From Macrostomum lignano (taxonomy: Eukaryota): 64,000 bases of DNA. Numbering within the stretch: the first letter of the stretch is position 1; each line of letters begins with the position of its first letter. Positions 39,781 through 53,624 of this stretch are shown here, one piece after another. Made by a program: the position numbers and the translations under genes. The notes under the pieces are model-generated. The model saw nothing but the letters and a program-made list of their open reading frames with translations. It searched no databases and was not told the origin of the DNA. The stretch lies in contig NIVC01000048.1 in assembly GCA_002269645.1 (NCBI GenBank), positions 207,491-271,490 on the forward strand, read 5' to 3'.

Positions 39781-40387
39781 AAAAGTATGGGTAAGTTGTT
39801 GATAGTTCGGCAGATTAGTAAGTCAGCAGTTAAATGTATTGGTAAGTGGAGTGGTAGGTAGGCCTATGGGTAGGGTAAGTTGGTAAATAGGTTCTGTAGG
39901 TAGGTGGCTGGCTCCATTCCTGTATCTTAATAGCAGTATCCAAAAGCGAAATTCATTCAGCGGGTTTCCAAACTGGCTATGCTGTCTAAGACGCCAACAC
40001 ACGCGTAAGAATACGTGACAGTCCGACTGGAGTTTCCATTTCACCCCCTTCCGTCTTGTCAAACAAACCAGTTGGGCATAAGCGGCGCGGCGCGCTTTCC
40101 TGTGTGAAATTTGAGCCAACTTTTGAACGAAGGAATATATAGAGAGAGAGAAGAGGAAAGTTTTTCGGGCTTTTTGTTGATCGAACCTCAGTTGGGCTGT
40201 CTTGAGGTGTGCTTTTGTGTATGCATACTGCAGATATTGCATAACAGGTTTGGTAAACACACCGCGAAGTATTCTGGGGCTTTTAAACATTTTCACTACT
40301 ACCTCTGTAGATATGGCGTTGCCATGGGAGCCATGAATGAATGAAGTGAAACCATTTCAGTTAACTTTCAAGTTTTACTAGTTAGCA

Positions 40388-41320
40388 AGGACAGACACTA
40401 AGACAGACACTAAGACAGACACTAAGACAGACACTAAGTCAAACACTAAGACAAACACTAAGACAGACACTAAGACAGACCCTAAAACAGACACTAAGAC
40501 AGACACCAAAACAGACACTAAGACAGACACTAAGACAGACACTAAGACAGATACTAAGACAGACACTAAGACAGACACTAAGACAGATACTAAGACAGAC
40601 ACTAAGACAGACACTAAGACAGACACCAAGACAGACACCAAGACAGACACTAAGACAGACACCAAGACAGACACTAAGACAGACACCAAGACAGACACTA
40701 AAACAGACACTAAAACAGAAACTAAGACAGACACTGAGACAGACCCTAAAACAGACACTGAGACAGACACCAAGACAGACACCAAGACAGACACTAAGAC
40801 AGACACCAAGACAGACACCAAGACAGACACTAAGACAGACACCAAGACAGACACTAAGACAGACACCAAGACAGACACTAAAACAGACACTAAAACAGAA
40901 ACTAAGACAGACACTGAGACAGACCCTAAAACAGACACTGAGACAGACACCAAGACAGACACCAAGACAGACACTAAGACAGACACCAAGACAGACACTA
41001 AGACAGACACTAAAACAGAAACTAAGACAGACACTGAGACAGACCCTAAAACAGACACTGAGACAGACACCAAGACAGACACCAAGACAGACACTAAGAC
41101 AGACACCAAGACAGACACTAAGACAGACACCAAGACAGACACTAAGACAGACACTAAAACAGAAACTAAGACAGACACTGAGACAGACCCTAAAACAGAC
41201 ACTGAGACAGACACCAAGACAGACACCAAGACAGACACTAAGACAGACACCAAGACAGACACTAAGACAGACACCAAGACAGACACTAAGACAGACACTA
41301 AAACAGAAACTAAGACAGAC
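40388..41320. repeat. 12-bp AGACAGACAC(T/C)A repeat
   Basis: Direct inspection. Confidence 0.95.
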
Positions 41321-41859
41321 TAAAGCAAAGATAACTGAGGACTGCAGCTAAAACCGAAAGAAGAATTTATAGTCAACAGCTGAACAAACCGTCACCATGG
41401 TAACGGATTTGACTCGAGCCATCTGCAGTAATTAATTCACCTCAAGCCAGAGGACTATATAGGCCTAGCCATGGCAATATCTGGAAGTGGCAGTTCCGTT
41501 TAGCCATCAACTCTCGCCGAGGCCTGTAAAAACATCGCAACGGAATCCGAAGACCAGCGGGATAAAAAAGTGGCGATGTCAATCAGCAGAGGTTGGTGGG
41601 CAACTGCAATAAAATCCAATGCTTTAATGCAGTCGTGTTTCTGTTTGTGTGCGTTTTTTTCCAAGTTTTTGTCGTTGCATTTTCTCTGCGAATCAGATTG
41701 CACGTCAGCTTTTTTGCAATTTTTTATGCAAGTTTTCTGACAGACAAATTGATGTAGATAATCGTTTGGTTGTTTGTTGCTAGCTTGGGGTCTTACGCAA
41801 TGCTGCCTTGGTTCTTGCTATCGCAGCATCTTGATTTTGTCTTCGTGTTCGCCTCTCTT

Positions 41860-42115
41860 TCTGTCTCCCTCTCCTTCCCTCTCGCTCCCTCTCCCTCCCT
41901 CTGTCTCCCCCCTTCCCTCTCGCTCCCTCTGTCTCCCTCCTCCCCTTCCCTCTGTCTCCCTCTCCCTCCCTCTGTCTCCCTCTCCCTCCCTCTGTCTCCC
42001 CCCTTCCCTCTCGCTCCCTCTGTCTCCCTCTCTGTCCCCCCTCTGTCTACCTCTGTGTCTCCCTCTGTGTCTCCCTCTGTGTCTCCCTCTGTGTCTCCCT
42101 CTCTGTCTCCCTCTC
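41860..42115. repeat. CT-rich CTGTCTCCCT-core repeat
   Basis: Direct inspection. Confidence 0.85.
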
Positions 42116-43216
42116 CGTATTCCTCTTCGTTTCTCCCTTCTCATTGTTCTCGTTGGCATATTAGTTCTGTTACCATGACATAAAAAAGGGTCGCAAGAGA
42201 AACTTAGGACTCACAAAGGCCATATTTCATCTGGTTTTTTAAAATTAACCCTGTATATAAATCAATTTTTTAAACCATTTTTATAACAGCTAAGTTCAGT
42301 TTTTCTGTTGAAAAAATTCCAACTTAAAATATTTTTGTCTCTACTATGGACCACTAGACCGACAAAAATGTAAATGAGGCATTATGAATATGATGAAGTT
42401 GGGTGATCCATATAATGATGAAGACGCAGGTGTCCCACCCCCTGCTGTAATATGGATTCCGCTACACCGCTCCCTCTGTCCTCCGCCCCCACCCTATTTA
42501 TCTTAGGGTCTGTTATTAGCCATCTGCCATTCTCATGGTCTGATAGCCTACTGCCTAAGAATCCATACCTCAGCGGGGAGCCACCCAACCACCCCCCACC
42601 CTCGGTTCCTTTTGGCTTGCCCACCCCCTAGCTATTGAGAATCATCTCGTCGGCAATTCCTTTTTACTTGTAGTTCCCGCGGCTCTGCAGGGGGTGGTGT
42701 AGCTGTTATTATGTCGTGGCAAAAAAATTTCATATCTCATATTTTGGGGTGTGTATACTCCTCTCCCACCACGACTGATTGCCAGCAGCTCAGCGGCTGC
42801 TTTCAGCACAAGGCTTGAGACAACAGTGTTCAGTTGATAGCGGTGTGGGGTGTGGCTGGGTTCGGACACTTCTGCTACACAATGCATGCAAAAATTTATC
42901 CAGCAGTAGAGGGGCTTTAAGGCAGACCAGCCATTTGAGTCTTTTGTAAGAGAGCTCAGCTCGCTAATGCTAATTTTCGTAATTTTTCTAATCTCATTGA
43001 GTATGGAATTGAATGCATTATTAGGTATGAGTCAGACTTGGGGGAGAGGCGTCATTTGTCAAAGTGACATTGGAAATTGCTGTTCCTGCTTGTTGTGGGG
43101 CTTGACAATATCGACTAGTGGGTAATCCCGCTGAGCTGCCCTCGCCTTCTCCATTTGCTGAGTGGCTGCGAATTCTAATGGAGCAGAGACACTTCTGACT
43201 GCTGTGAATTCACGCC

Positions 43217-43601
<385 letters not shown>

Positions 43602-44159
43602 CACATCCATTTGACACATTTTCAATGGTTTTATTTAATAGCCTCAACTCTTCTCGTAATAAAACATTAACTTTATTTTTGTTATTAAAGATAACATGCC
43701 AAGGAAAAAACTCGTCTAAAGTCCCACAAAAAAGATTCCAAAGGTTAAGTTTAATAACGAAAAAAAACACACAGATCCCATGGGGCGGGGCATTTTTGCT
43801 GATCTGTTTGTTTAAGACCTTCTCCTCCGCGTACCGCAGCCAGCAACAGCAGAGCGGAACAAGGACCGAAGCTCTTCAACTGCTGTTGGCTTTCAAAGCT
43901 TTCTTTTTTACATCGTTAAAAAACAATTGTCTTCTCTAGGGACCATTTTAAACAAAGCGTTGTCCAGAAGCCTAAAAAAGGTAAGCTTGGACGCATATTT
44001 AGATTTTGGACCACCACACTATTGTTATTGCAATTTTCAAGGCTTTGCCGCCCCAGATGGCCCAGATTATCTCTCAGTTTTGGGGTGTTCTTTTCAGTTT
44101 CACCTGTTTAATTAAGTTTTAAAATGATTTTTAACTACTCGGCATAATTATTTTGTGTA

Positions 44160-44770
44160 TTCGCTAGTGAAGGATAAGAGAAGAAGGTGGGGATAGAGAG
44201 ACAGATAAAGTAGGACAAGGAGGAAGAGTGAGAGAGAAAGGGAGACGAAAAGGAGAGTGAGAGGGATAATGAGGTACAGAGTTAAAGGAAGGCAGGGAAA
44301 GTTAGTGAGAGAGGGAGACAGAGAGGGTGAGTAAGAGAGGGAGACAGAGAGGGAGAGTGAGAGAGGGAGGCAGAGAGGGTGAGTGAGAGAGGGAGACAGA
44401 GAGGGAGAGTGAGAGGGGGAGACAGAGAGGCTGAGTGAGAGAGGGAGACAGAGAGGGAGAGTGAGAGAGGGAGACAGAGAGGGAGAGTGAGAGAGGGAGA
44501 CAGAGAGGCTGAGTGAGAGAGGGAGACAGAGAGGGAGAGTGAGAGAGGGAGACAGAGAGGGAGAGTGAGAGAGGGAGACAGAGAGGGAGAGTGAGAGAGG
44601 GAGACAGAGAGGGTGAGTGAGAGAGGGAGACAGAGAGGGTGAGTGAGAGAGGGAGACAGAGAGGGTGAGTGAGAGAGGGAGACAGAGAAGGTGAGTGGGA
44701 GAGGGAGGCAGAGAAGGTGAGTGGGAAAGTAGACAGAGAAGGTGAGTGGGAGAGGGAGACAGAGAGGGTT
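44160..44770. repeat. ~24-bp GA-rich GAGAGGGAGACAGAGAGGG(T/A)GAGT repeat
   Basis: Direct inspection. Confidence 0.9.
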
Positions 44771-46021
44771 AGTGAGATATCTGTCAGCTAAAAAGCATAA
44801 ATAATTCATATTCAAATTTCTAATTAAACTGGAATCTTTAATTAATAGGGTTGCTCGGAGTGTTTGCTTCCATGACAAGAAATAACCTTTGTGGACCGAC
44901 TCAGCGTGATTTCGCATTGCACAACATGTAAAGAATGTCAACTTTTGTTGTTTAATACGCCCAGTCAGTCAGTCTTGATCAAATTGGCGTTTCTGAATGC
45001 CGGGGGGGGGGGGGGTGGGGGTTGTGGCTCCAGCACCTGCCCCCAACCTGCCTGCCATCCAAGTTGCAGACTCTGTGGTTGCTAAGGCTTTGTTGTCAGC
45101 CGTACGGAGAAATATCGAAATTGCTTTAGCTTGGTGTATTTCTACTTTTTTCTATTAGAACCACAAAGGTGAATTTCATTCGACGATTATGTTGCTATGT
45201 TGACAGATTGTCAATCTGGATATATCACTAAGAAATTTCGGATTCACGTCTCTACCAGTATGAAGACCATAAAGTTCAAGGCAGTGCCCCACAGACTGAT
45301 GGATTTTTTAAAAAAAGTTTTTTGAAAAATCCGAAAACAAATTTTCAATTAGTAGAAAACTGGTTCTTGCACAATTGAATTCCAGTTTTTGCTGGTTTTC
45401 TTACCTATTTTTCAGTGATACAGAATTCACACTTTAAAACAGTCAGTCTCGGGGTGTGTTGGAGATTGGGTTTTTTCTGTTCAAAACTCGAGCGACAAAA
45501 AGGCTCATGTCAGCTGTCAGTTTGAAGATTTGGTCGAATTCCCGGTGGGGGAATTCGCAATCTTTCAGGTATCTATTTTCCCTCATTCTCCTGAACACTC
45601 GAGAGCCAAGATCCTTGATAACAATTGACCCAGGAGTCCTGCTACAACGATGTCTTCTGGGACGATATATTTTGAATCGCGGGGATTTTTTCCGGCAAAA
45701 TTTGAAGGGGCTCAGGGAAGAAGCTTCACGATGATTTGGGATGAACGGGATCGGGACAGGCGCAATTGAGGGCTGCTGGGAAAAAAAAGTTTTTTTGAGG
45801 CTCCGCGATGCTTATGAGGGAAGAGAAAAGTGACGAAAAGGTGAACGAAGGTGACAGTTCGAGATTGAAGATTTAGATTGTGAGACGGCATGTGATGGCG
45901 AGGGTGGGGAAAGGGGAGCGGAGGCTGGGCAAGAGAAATATATAGCCTTGGCTCTGAGGGTTAGGGTTGGGTGGGGTGCACTTTGGGAACATTTAGTGTG
46001 AATAGCGGAGTGAGAGGAAAT

Positions 46022-47095
46022 CAGGGTTGAGAGGGAGACAGGGGTGAGAGGGAGACAGGGTTGAGAGGGAGACAGGGTTGAGAGGGAGACAGGGGTGAGA
46101 GGGAGACAGGGGTGAGAGAGAGACAGGGGTGAGAGGGAGACAGGGGTGAGAGAGAGACATGGGTGAAAGGGAGACAGGGGTGAGAGGGAGACAGGGGTGA
46201 GAGGGTGACAGGGGTGAGAGGGAGACAGGGGTGAGAGGGAGACAGGGGTGAGAGGGAGACAGAGGTGAGAGGGAGACAGGGGTGAGAGGGAGACAGGGGT
46301 GAGAGGGAGACAGGGGTGAGAGGGAGACAGGGGTGAGAGGGAGACAGGGGTGAGAGGGAGACAGGGGTGAGAGGGAGACAGGGGTGAGAGGGAGACAGGG
46401 GTGAGAGGGAGACAGGGGTGAGAGGGAGACAGGGGTGAGAGGGAGACAGGGGTGAGAGGGTGACTGGGGTGAGAGGGAGACAGGGGTGAGAGGGAGACAG
46501 GGGTGAGAGGGAGACAGAGGTGAAAGGGAGACAGGGGTGAGAGGGAGACAGGGGTGAGAGGGAGACAGGGGTGAGAGGGAGACAGGGGTGAGAGGGAGAC
46601 AGGGGTGAGAGGGAGACAGGGGTGAGAGAGCAACAGAGTTGAGAAGGAGACATGGGTGAGAGAGAGAAAGACAGGTTTGAGAGGGAGACAGGGTTGAGAG
46701 AGAGACCGAGGTGAGAGGGAGACAGGCGATGAAGGGGTGAGAGATGCAGATGGCCTGAGAGGGAGACATGGGTGAAAGGGAGACAGGGGTGAGAGGGAGA
46801 CAGGGGTGAGAGGGTGACAGGGGTGAGAGGGAGACAGGGGTGAGAGGGAGACAGGGGTGAGAGGGAGACAGAGGTGAAAGGGAGACAGGGGTGAGAGGGA
46901 GACAGGGGTGAGAGGGAGACAGGGGTGAGAGGGTGACAGGGGTGAGAGGGAGACAGGGGTGAGAGGGAGACAGGGGTGAGAGGGAGACAGGGGTGAGAGG
47001 GTGACAGGGGTGAGAGGGGGACAGGGTGAGAGGGAGACAGAGAGGTTAGAGGGAGACAGCGTGAGAGAGAGGCAGGGTTGGGAGCGAGACAGACA
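46022..47095. repeat. 17-bp GAGAGGGAGACAGGGGT minisatellite
   Basis: Direct inspection. Confidence 0.95.
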
Positions 47096-48069
47096 GGGTG
47101 CAAGAAGAACATAACTGAGAGGCAGGCAGGTGAGAGACATGTAAGAGCATGAGAAGGGAGATCAGGAAGGGGTGGAGCAAGTGACACTGTATACAGTAGT
47201 GTACTTTTAAAATCAGTCGCTTGATTCGCGAACCCCCGCCAGGTTAATGAGCATCCGAGATTGGCAGGTCACGCGCCGTACCACATCTCCCTCTCTTATC
47301 TCTCACCCGCATAAATTAATAAAAAAATCTTCTAAGAGCAAGAAATTCATCAGCAATTTTCGACTCCATGCGGCTACTTCTCAGCCGAGGAAAATATGGA
47401 TAATTAATATGCAATAATTTTTGGCTGAACTGAAATGAGATTCGTGGGAACGCTGGGTTGAGGGCTGCATAGACCGTTCTGCTTACCTCTACTAGCGAAG
47501 CGCTTAAACTGCAGAATTTCTAGGCAAGGTGAAGGTCGCCAATACAACAGTTCTGTCTGTCAAAGTGGCTAATAATGTCTGTTTAATTTGGGAAAGCTGA
47601 GTAGCTGGGTGAAGTAGTTCTTATTTGCTCAGTAGCTGAGTAAATCGCGTACAAGTCCGGCAAGCCTAGCTCAGACTGCTGCCTCTTAGGCAAACAGAAG
47701 TTTTGCTTTTAGTTTTGAAAGTTGAAGTTTCCAAGGGGTTTTAATAGCTGGATTGCTTTTAGAAGAAGACAGATGTGTGAGATGGGTACTTAATTGATTG
47801 ACCTAAGCGAATATGATATGTTATTCAACTATAGAATAAACTAGCACAGAGAGATAGATAGAGACAACTCATTCATCGTGTAGAATATTAGCAATAAACT
47901 ATAAACTATATGTAACTTTTGACTTTTTACAGTCACTATTATTATTTTTTCAAGGAAATGATGCCTAACAACTGCCCTGAAAGCCAGTTATCTAACCTAA
48001 GATCCCCTATGAGCTCGAAAGCTCAAAGCATCTCAGCAACGCCCCATGAGAAAAAGACTTTAAGCAGCT

Positions 48070-48830
48070 CCATATGAGCCGTGACATCTCAGCAATTCTT
48101 CCCATGAGCATAGACATCTCAGCGATTCCTCCCATGAGCATAGACATCTCAGCGATTCCTCCCATGAGCATAGACATCTCAGCGATTCCTCCCATGAGCA
48201 TAGACATCTCAGCGATTCCTCCCATGAGCATAGACATCTCAGCGATTCCTCCCATGAGCATAGACATCTCAGAAATTCTTCCATTGAGCATAGACATCTC
48301 AGCAATTCTTCCCATGAGCATAGACATCTCAGCGATTCCTCCCATGAGCATAGACATCTCAGAAATTCTTCCCATGAGCATAGACATCTCAGCGATTCCT
48401 CCCATGAGCATAGACATCTCAGCGATTCCTCCCATGAGCATAGACATCTCAGCAATTCTTCCCATGAGCATAGACATCTCAGCGATTCCTCCCATGAGCA
48501 TAGACATCTCAGCGATTCCTCCCATGAGCATAGACATCTCAGCGATTCCTCCCATGAGCATAGACATCTCAGCGATTCCTCCCATGAGCATAGACATCTC
48601 AGCGATTCCTCCCATGAGCATAGACATCTCAGAAATTCTTCCATTGAGCATAGACATCTCAGCAGTTCTTCCCATGAGCTGTGACATTTCAGCAATTCTC
48701 CCAATGAGCATAGACATCTCAGCAATCTTCCATTGAGCATAGACATCTCAGCAGTTCTTCCCATGAGCCGTGACATCTCAGCAATTCTCCCAATGAGCAT
48801 AGACATCTCAGCGATTCCCCATTTGAGCCT
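48070..48830. repeat. 30-bp CCCATGAGCATAGACATCTCAGCGATTCCT minisatellite, ~25 copies
   Basis: Direct inspection. Confidence 0.95.
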
Positions 48831-49761
48831 TGACATTACAGCAATGAAAGTACTGCTTTGTATAAGTTATAAAATACCTGCCTAATATTTATCCCAATAC
48901 ACGATATAGCACTAGTTAATTTCTGTGCTTTTTCAGCTCCCAGAAAACAGCGGCTGAGCCCTTAAGACCTTCTTACCTCAGCCTGACTACCTGCCCGACT
49001 CGCTCATTTCCTGAGTAGATTGACAGCTTGGTACACCGTTCGCGGATTTGTTGACTCAAGTGCAAAAAAATCTCCCCCCTCCAGGCGAACCAGGGGCCCG
49101 GATTAACGCCTGACTAATCCGAAATCCCCAGTGCCGCTGTTAATCTGAGCAGCATGGTAAAAGCTTTCAATTCCAGTCAATTTTCAGACCAAAAAGTGGC
49201 AAAGACACGCAGTGGGCTTGTTTGCACACCAGGAGAAGTTTATCTGGGAGTCTTATGACTCAGCTTGAACCGCACAGGAAGATTGTGTTCAATTTGAGCA
49301 TAGGAGACGTCGAAATTCCCTGTTAAAAATATAGAGCCCAAGTCATTGTGCAGCTGTCCTCGATGTCTTAACCGTCCGCAAATGCATCATTTATTGTTTC
49401 AGATCTCTAGCAGTGTCTGGCTGAGAGATTTGAAATCGGTGCACTTTTAACTGAGCGTGTACACTTCAGCTAACTCTAGGGCTCAGTGACCACACAAATG
49501 TACTTATTCTTTTCAAGGCACCTACAAATTGTAGATTGTACGCTCGTAGCTGCGCGAACCTCACGCCTCTCTGTCGTGGATTCTTATCTTGTACAGTTGG
49601 TTCAGTAAATAGGGGCATTGTGGAGTTCGTACATTCAGCTAAACCACTCCTCTGTGCGTCGTTGTTGATTAAATCAAAAGCGCAGAAATTGGAATGCAAT
49701 TGTACAACTTGCTCTGCTATTGGTTTCGCCAAGCTGTTTGTCTCTGAAAAACCGACCGAAA

Positions 49762-50859
49762 ATGTCCCCAGCATCGGCAGCAGGCGACCCGAGTTCCGGG
49801 GCGACCGCAGCTTCGGCACTCGCCTTGTTCCTCGTCGGCCGCATGCTGCTGCAGATGTTCGTCGCCTCACGCCGCAGCCGCAACCGTCGCCGTGCTGGCA
49901 CCGTGTCCGCCGTGCTGTTGTACCCGGTGAAGTCCTGTCTGCCGGTCCATGTGCCCAGCGCTCGCGTTACCGAGTCCGGCCTGGTCAGTCCCGACGGCGT
50001 TCTCGATAGGAGCTTTGCCGTTGTGAGCGTCACTAACAGGAAGCTCCTGGCGTTGAAGGCCTGTCCGAGGCTGTCGCTGATTCAGCCGGTGCTGGATCGG
50101 TCGAGTCCCACTGGAATTCGCCTGAGCCTGTCCGAGTCTGCAGACGCTGAGAAGTTGAACGTTTCCAACTCTGTGACAGTGCGCATCGGAGCCAAAGACT
50201 CGCGCACCTCTGGCGTGGAGAAATTCGACATGTTCGGCGAAATGGCCTACGGGAAGGTGTGCGACAAGGACACGAACTCCTGGCTGCGGGCAGTCTGTGG
50301 TAGAAACGACGCCATACTGGTGTACTGCCACCAGGAGCTTCGAACGACACTGACCGAACTGCGCGAATGCCAACGGCTTGGCATCGCGTCGAAGACGTTC
50401 GACGGCTGCGACATGCCGTCAAGCGGGGACAGCCGGATTGCCTACGCCAACACCGCACCGCTGCTGTTGGCAACAGAGCCGGCGCTGACTGCCCTGAATC
50501 AGCGTCTCGCCGACAAAGGTTGTCCACCTGTTGGTCACTGCAACTTCCGAGCCAACCTGGTCATCGACGGACCCATCCAGGACCGCGAGGAGGAAGCCTG
50601 GTCCTTCGTCTTCTTCCCGTCGAGCGGCTGCACTCTGGCCGTGCTGACCCCGTGCACCCGGTGCGGTATCACCACCGTGGACTACGCCAGTCCGGGCGAC
50701 GAGCGTCGACAGCTGCGCACCGACGGCGAGCCGCTGAAGACACTAGCCGAGTATCGCAAGGACGGCGCGTTCAAGAAGTTCAGCCCGGTGTTTGGCGTCA
50801 ACGGTTTCGTTGAGCTGCCAGGAGATGTGGCTGTTGGCGACGAGGTGTTGGTAATTTAG
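49762..50859 (+). CDS. MTARC: MOSC-domain protein, mitochondrial amidoxime-reducing component (mARC)-like, ~365 aa, intronless
   Basis: N-terminal hydrophobic anchor followed by a basic stretch, MOSC_N YPVKSC and DRSFAVV, FRANLVIDG, PCTRCGITTVD containing the Moco-ligating Cys, and FGVN. The first ATG is at 49762. Confidence 0.9.
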   Translation: MSPASAAGDPSSGATAASALALFLVGRMLLQMFVASRRSRNRRRAGTVSAVLLYPVKSCLPVHVPSARVTESGLVSPDGVLDRSFAVVSVTNRKLLALKACPRLSLIQPVLDRSSPTGIRLSLSESADAEKLNVSNSVTVRIGAKDSRTSGVEKFDMFGEMAYGKVCDKDTNSWLRAVCGRNDAILVYCHQELRTTLTELRECQRLGIASKTFDGCDMPSSGDSRIAYANTAPLLLATEPALTALNQRLADKGCPPVGHCNFRANLVIDGPIQDREEEAWSFVFFPSSGCTLAVLTPCTRCGITTVDYASPGDERRQLRTDGEPLKTLAEYRKDGAFKKFSPVFGVNGFVELPGDVAVGDEVLVI

Positions 50860-53624
50860 ACTGTCGGTGCGAAAATTGCAAGCATACGTGTACTGTTGGG
50901 GTTGCGTGTACGTCGAAGGACATTGAATTTTTTATGCTGTCAATGATGAAGGTTTGCACGAGTGAAATTGCAAATCATAATCGATTTTTTTGCTTTATTC
51001 TGGTTTTGCAAAGTGGTTCTGCTTAGACTTATTTTATTTTAGCTTTTCAAAAGAAAAATTCGTTCACGAAGTTCGGCTTAAAGTGTACAATAAGCTTGAT
51101 GCAATTTTTTTTGGCTGGTAGCATGCAACAATTAAACGGAGATTTCCCAAGGGAATTTCTTAGCCTATGGGCCACACAAAGCGCAACCTTTCTAAACTGA
51201 TTTCCCTGGTGGCTGGTGCAATTTCTGAAGAATATTCTATTGACTGACTGAGAATGAAGACAGAGGTTCAATTGACAAATTATTTCCAAAGTCAAGATGC
51301 TGTTCAGTTTTTCAAGTCACCCAGGAATTCAGTCGGGGTATAATTAACTGACGAGGCTCGACAGTTATGCGAGCGATATCTGCTAAACCCTCCCACTGGC
51401 CTCGCTGCATTCTCTGTGGTGTGTTTATGTATACACAAGAACCACTGCTTGAAACGAGCGGCGCTTACCACGGAGCCGCCCCCAGCCAGTGGAAAGTGTA
51501 TAATGTCAACTTGTATATTGTCATTGCAAAGGCAATACATGCATGTGTATGTGCCTGCGTTTCTTCGCAGACTGCCTCTCCCCCACCTCAACCCTGTCCT
51601 GTCTTCACGATCCGCTGGTGATGTCTCTCTTTCGCTCTCTTTTTTTATCTCTGCATTTTCGTCTTAGACTTGGCGTACGTATAAGCCGAGTTGCCCTTCC
51701 GCAATGTCGGAATCCATTCCCCCAGCTCCAGCGCTCTGTTAGTGTTGGCCCTATTGCTGGTTTATAAACGGATGCTGCCAAATGGAGCAGCTGACTTCTA
51801 AACTTCAAAGGTCTTCGCTCGTTGCAGCAGCAGCAGCAGCCGTTTCGCACTACTTCTATGCATGTACCCCTTGTGCCCCGGGTTGGCCTTAAAGAAATAC
51901 CAAAAAAATAGGAATGAACAGGCAAGCAATTAATCAGAAGTTTGCTATTTCTACCCACACATACACCCCAAGCAAAAGTGTAAATCCCCCTCTGTGTCCA
52001 TTGTCCACGTCAACGCATGCGAGACTTCAAACGAACTGCATGTTTTCTGAATTTCTGACTCTTTCATTCATATCCACGAGTTGGTTGCGTCTTGAATTAA
52101 GCTTGGATAGGGAGCATTTTTTCTATCCGATTGCCAGAGCTAAAAATTGAGGTCGTTTGATATTCACTTTAAAAAAAAAACACTGACCCTATGATGGCTT
52201 CAAAGGCGCTTGCTTCGTTCTTTCCATATTGCGTGTGTTCATGCTCAATGCCCCAGCTTTGTGTGCAGCTCAGCGGGCAATTTGTCCGGCTTTGAACGGA
52301 ACCCCCCCCCCGCCAAGCGATAGCCCTCAGGGCAATTTCGGGGCAATCCTTGCCCTTCCCCTCCCTCCCCCTTGCTTGGGACAAAATGAAGTCAAAGAAA
52401 GTCGTTGGTGGATGGCCTTAGGATGGACGGGGCCTTTCTCGGGGCAATAGAAGGGCCGGGGGCCGATGCAGGAGAACCCGACGTGAGGAACAAGTAGAAT
52501 TGGAAACTTCGGAGCTTTCGGGCGCGCTCATTCATGGCTTGTATAGTGTTTGCCGGCGGCTGCTTGCCAGATGCTAATTTTATCTGCACCCGCAGCCTCT
52601 GCGTCTGTCACTGGAAAGTTTCCAATCGATTAAGTCCCGTTCCATGTCGTGTCTCTGTGTGTCGGTTTTTTATTCTGCCAACTTGTTTGTAACTTTTTTC
52701 TGGAGTTATCATCTTGGCTTGAGAATATTTACTTCGACTAACAAGACACACAGATAAAGGCATAGTTTTATAACTAATAAATCATTTAATCGAAAGTGTC
52801 TAGGTTTTAGGACAACAGGCGCCCATTAAATAATTCACGCAACTCAAGAGATCGGCGTAACCAAGAAAGGGGCCGCGGCGCCCCTTGGTGCTGGCGCCCC
52901 CTGGTGCTGGTTAGCACGTCGCCAAATATTCAATCAGCGCCCAAGCGCTAACGGGATTCAAAGATTAAAAAGCGCCCGGGTGTTTAAGCACATCAATGAT
53001 ATCGAACCAAACTGCAATCCAAGATGAAGAACTCGAAATGCACTTTTGACCGGTGCAGCTGAGTCAGTGCAAAGATTTGCATTAAAGGAATTTCCAGAAA
53101 TGCGTCACGAGCGTCTGGAAATTTATTCTCTAACTTTTCTCGAAGCTTTTTATTGCTTTCGATCCGACCTGTGGAATAGTCCGTTCCGATTCTTCATCAC
53201 TCGGTTTTCATCTTCAGCCTCTCCCATATCGAATTCTCACTTGATTAAAAGTGGGCGAGAGGGAGTCGTGGCCGAGGGCGGCAGTTCAGGGCGATTAATT
53301 TTCTTCTAGAAAGAGCATTGAAAAAAGAGAACAAAAAAAATCACAAAAGATCTCATGCAATTTTGGGAGAGAAACTTCTCAAGTAGCAATCAGTCAGGGA
53401 AGTCCGGAGGAGTCCCAGCAAATTTCGATGGAAACCGGTTTTTCAGGAGCGATATTGACAGCTCGATGTACTTTAATCAAATGTCACAAAGAACCTTTTA
53501 ATTGGATTTTCCCATGGTAAAATGAAGAACAAAGAACATTGTTACATGGAATCCAGGTAGCTTTTCGCCTAAATTTCACATGCATAATAGATTTAAGCAC
53601 CCAGTTTTATAAGTCCTAAACTTC

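Noticed and set aside
51348-51378. Hammerhead-like CTGACGA-G-GCTCG...CGAGC-GATA
   Set aside because: GATA instead of GAAA, an extra G before stem II, and no stems I and III or NUH site can be built.
52340-52390. Twister-like GTCCCAAGC...GGAGGG on the minus strand
   Set aside because: No P4 pairing around the loop and no upstream UAA/P1/P2.
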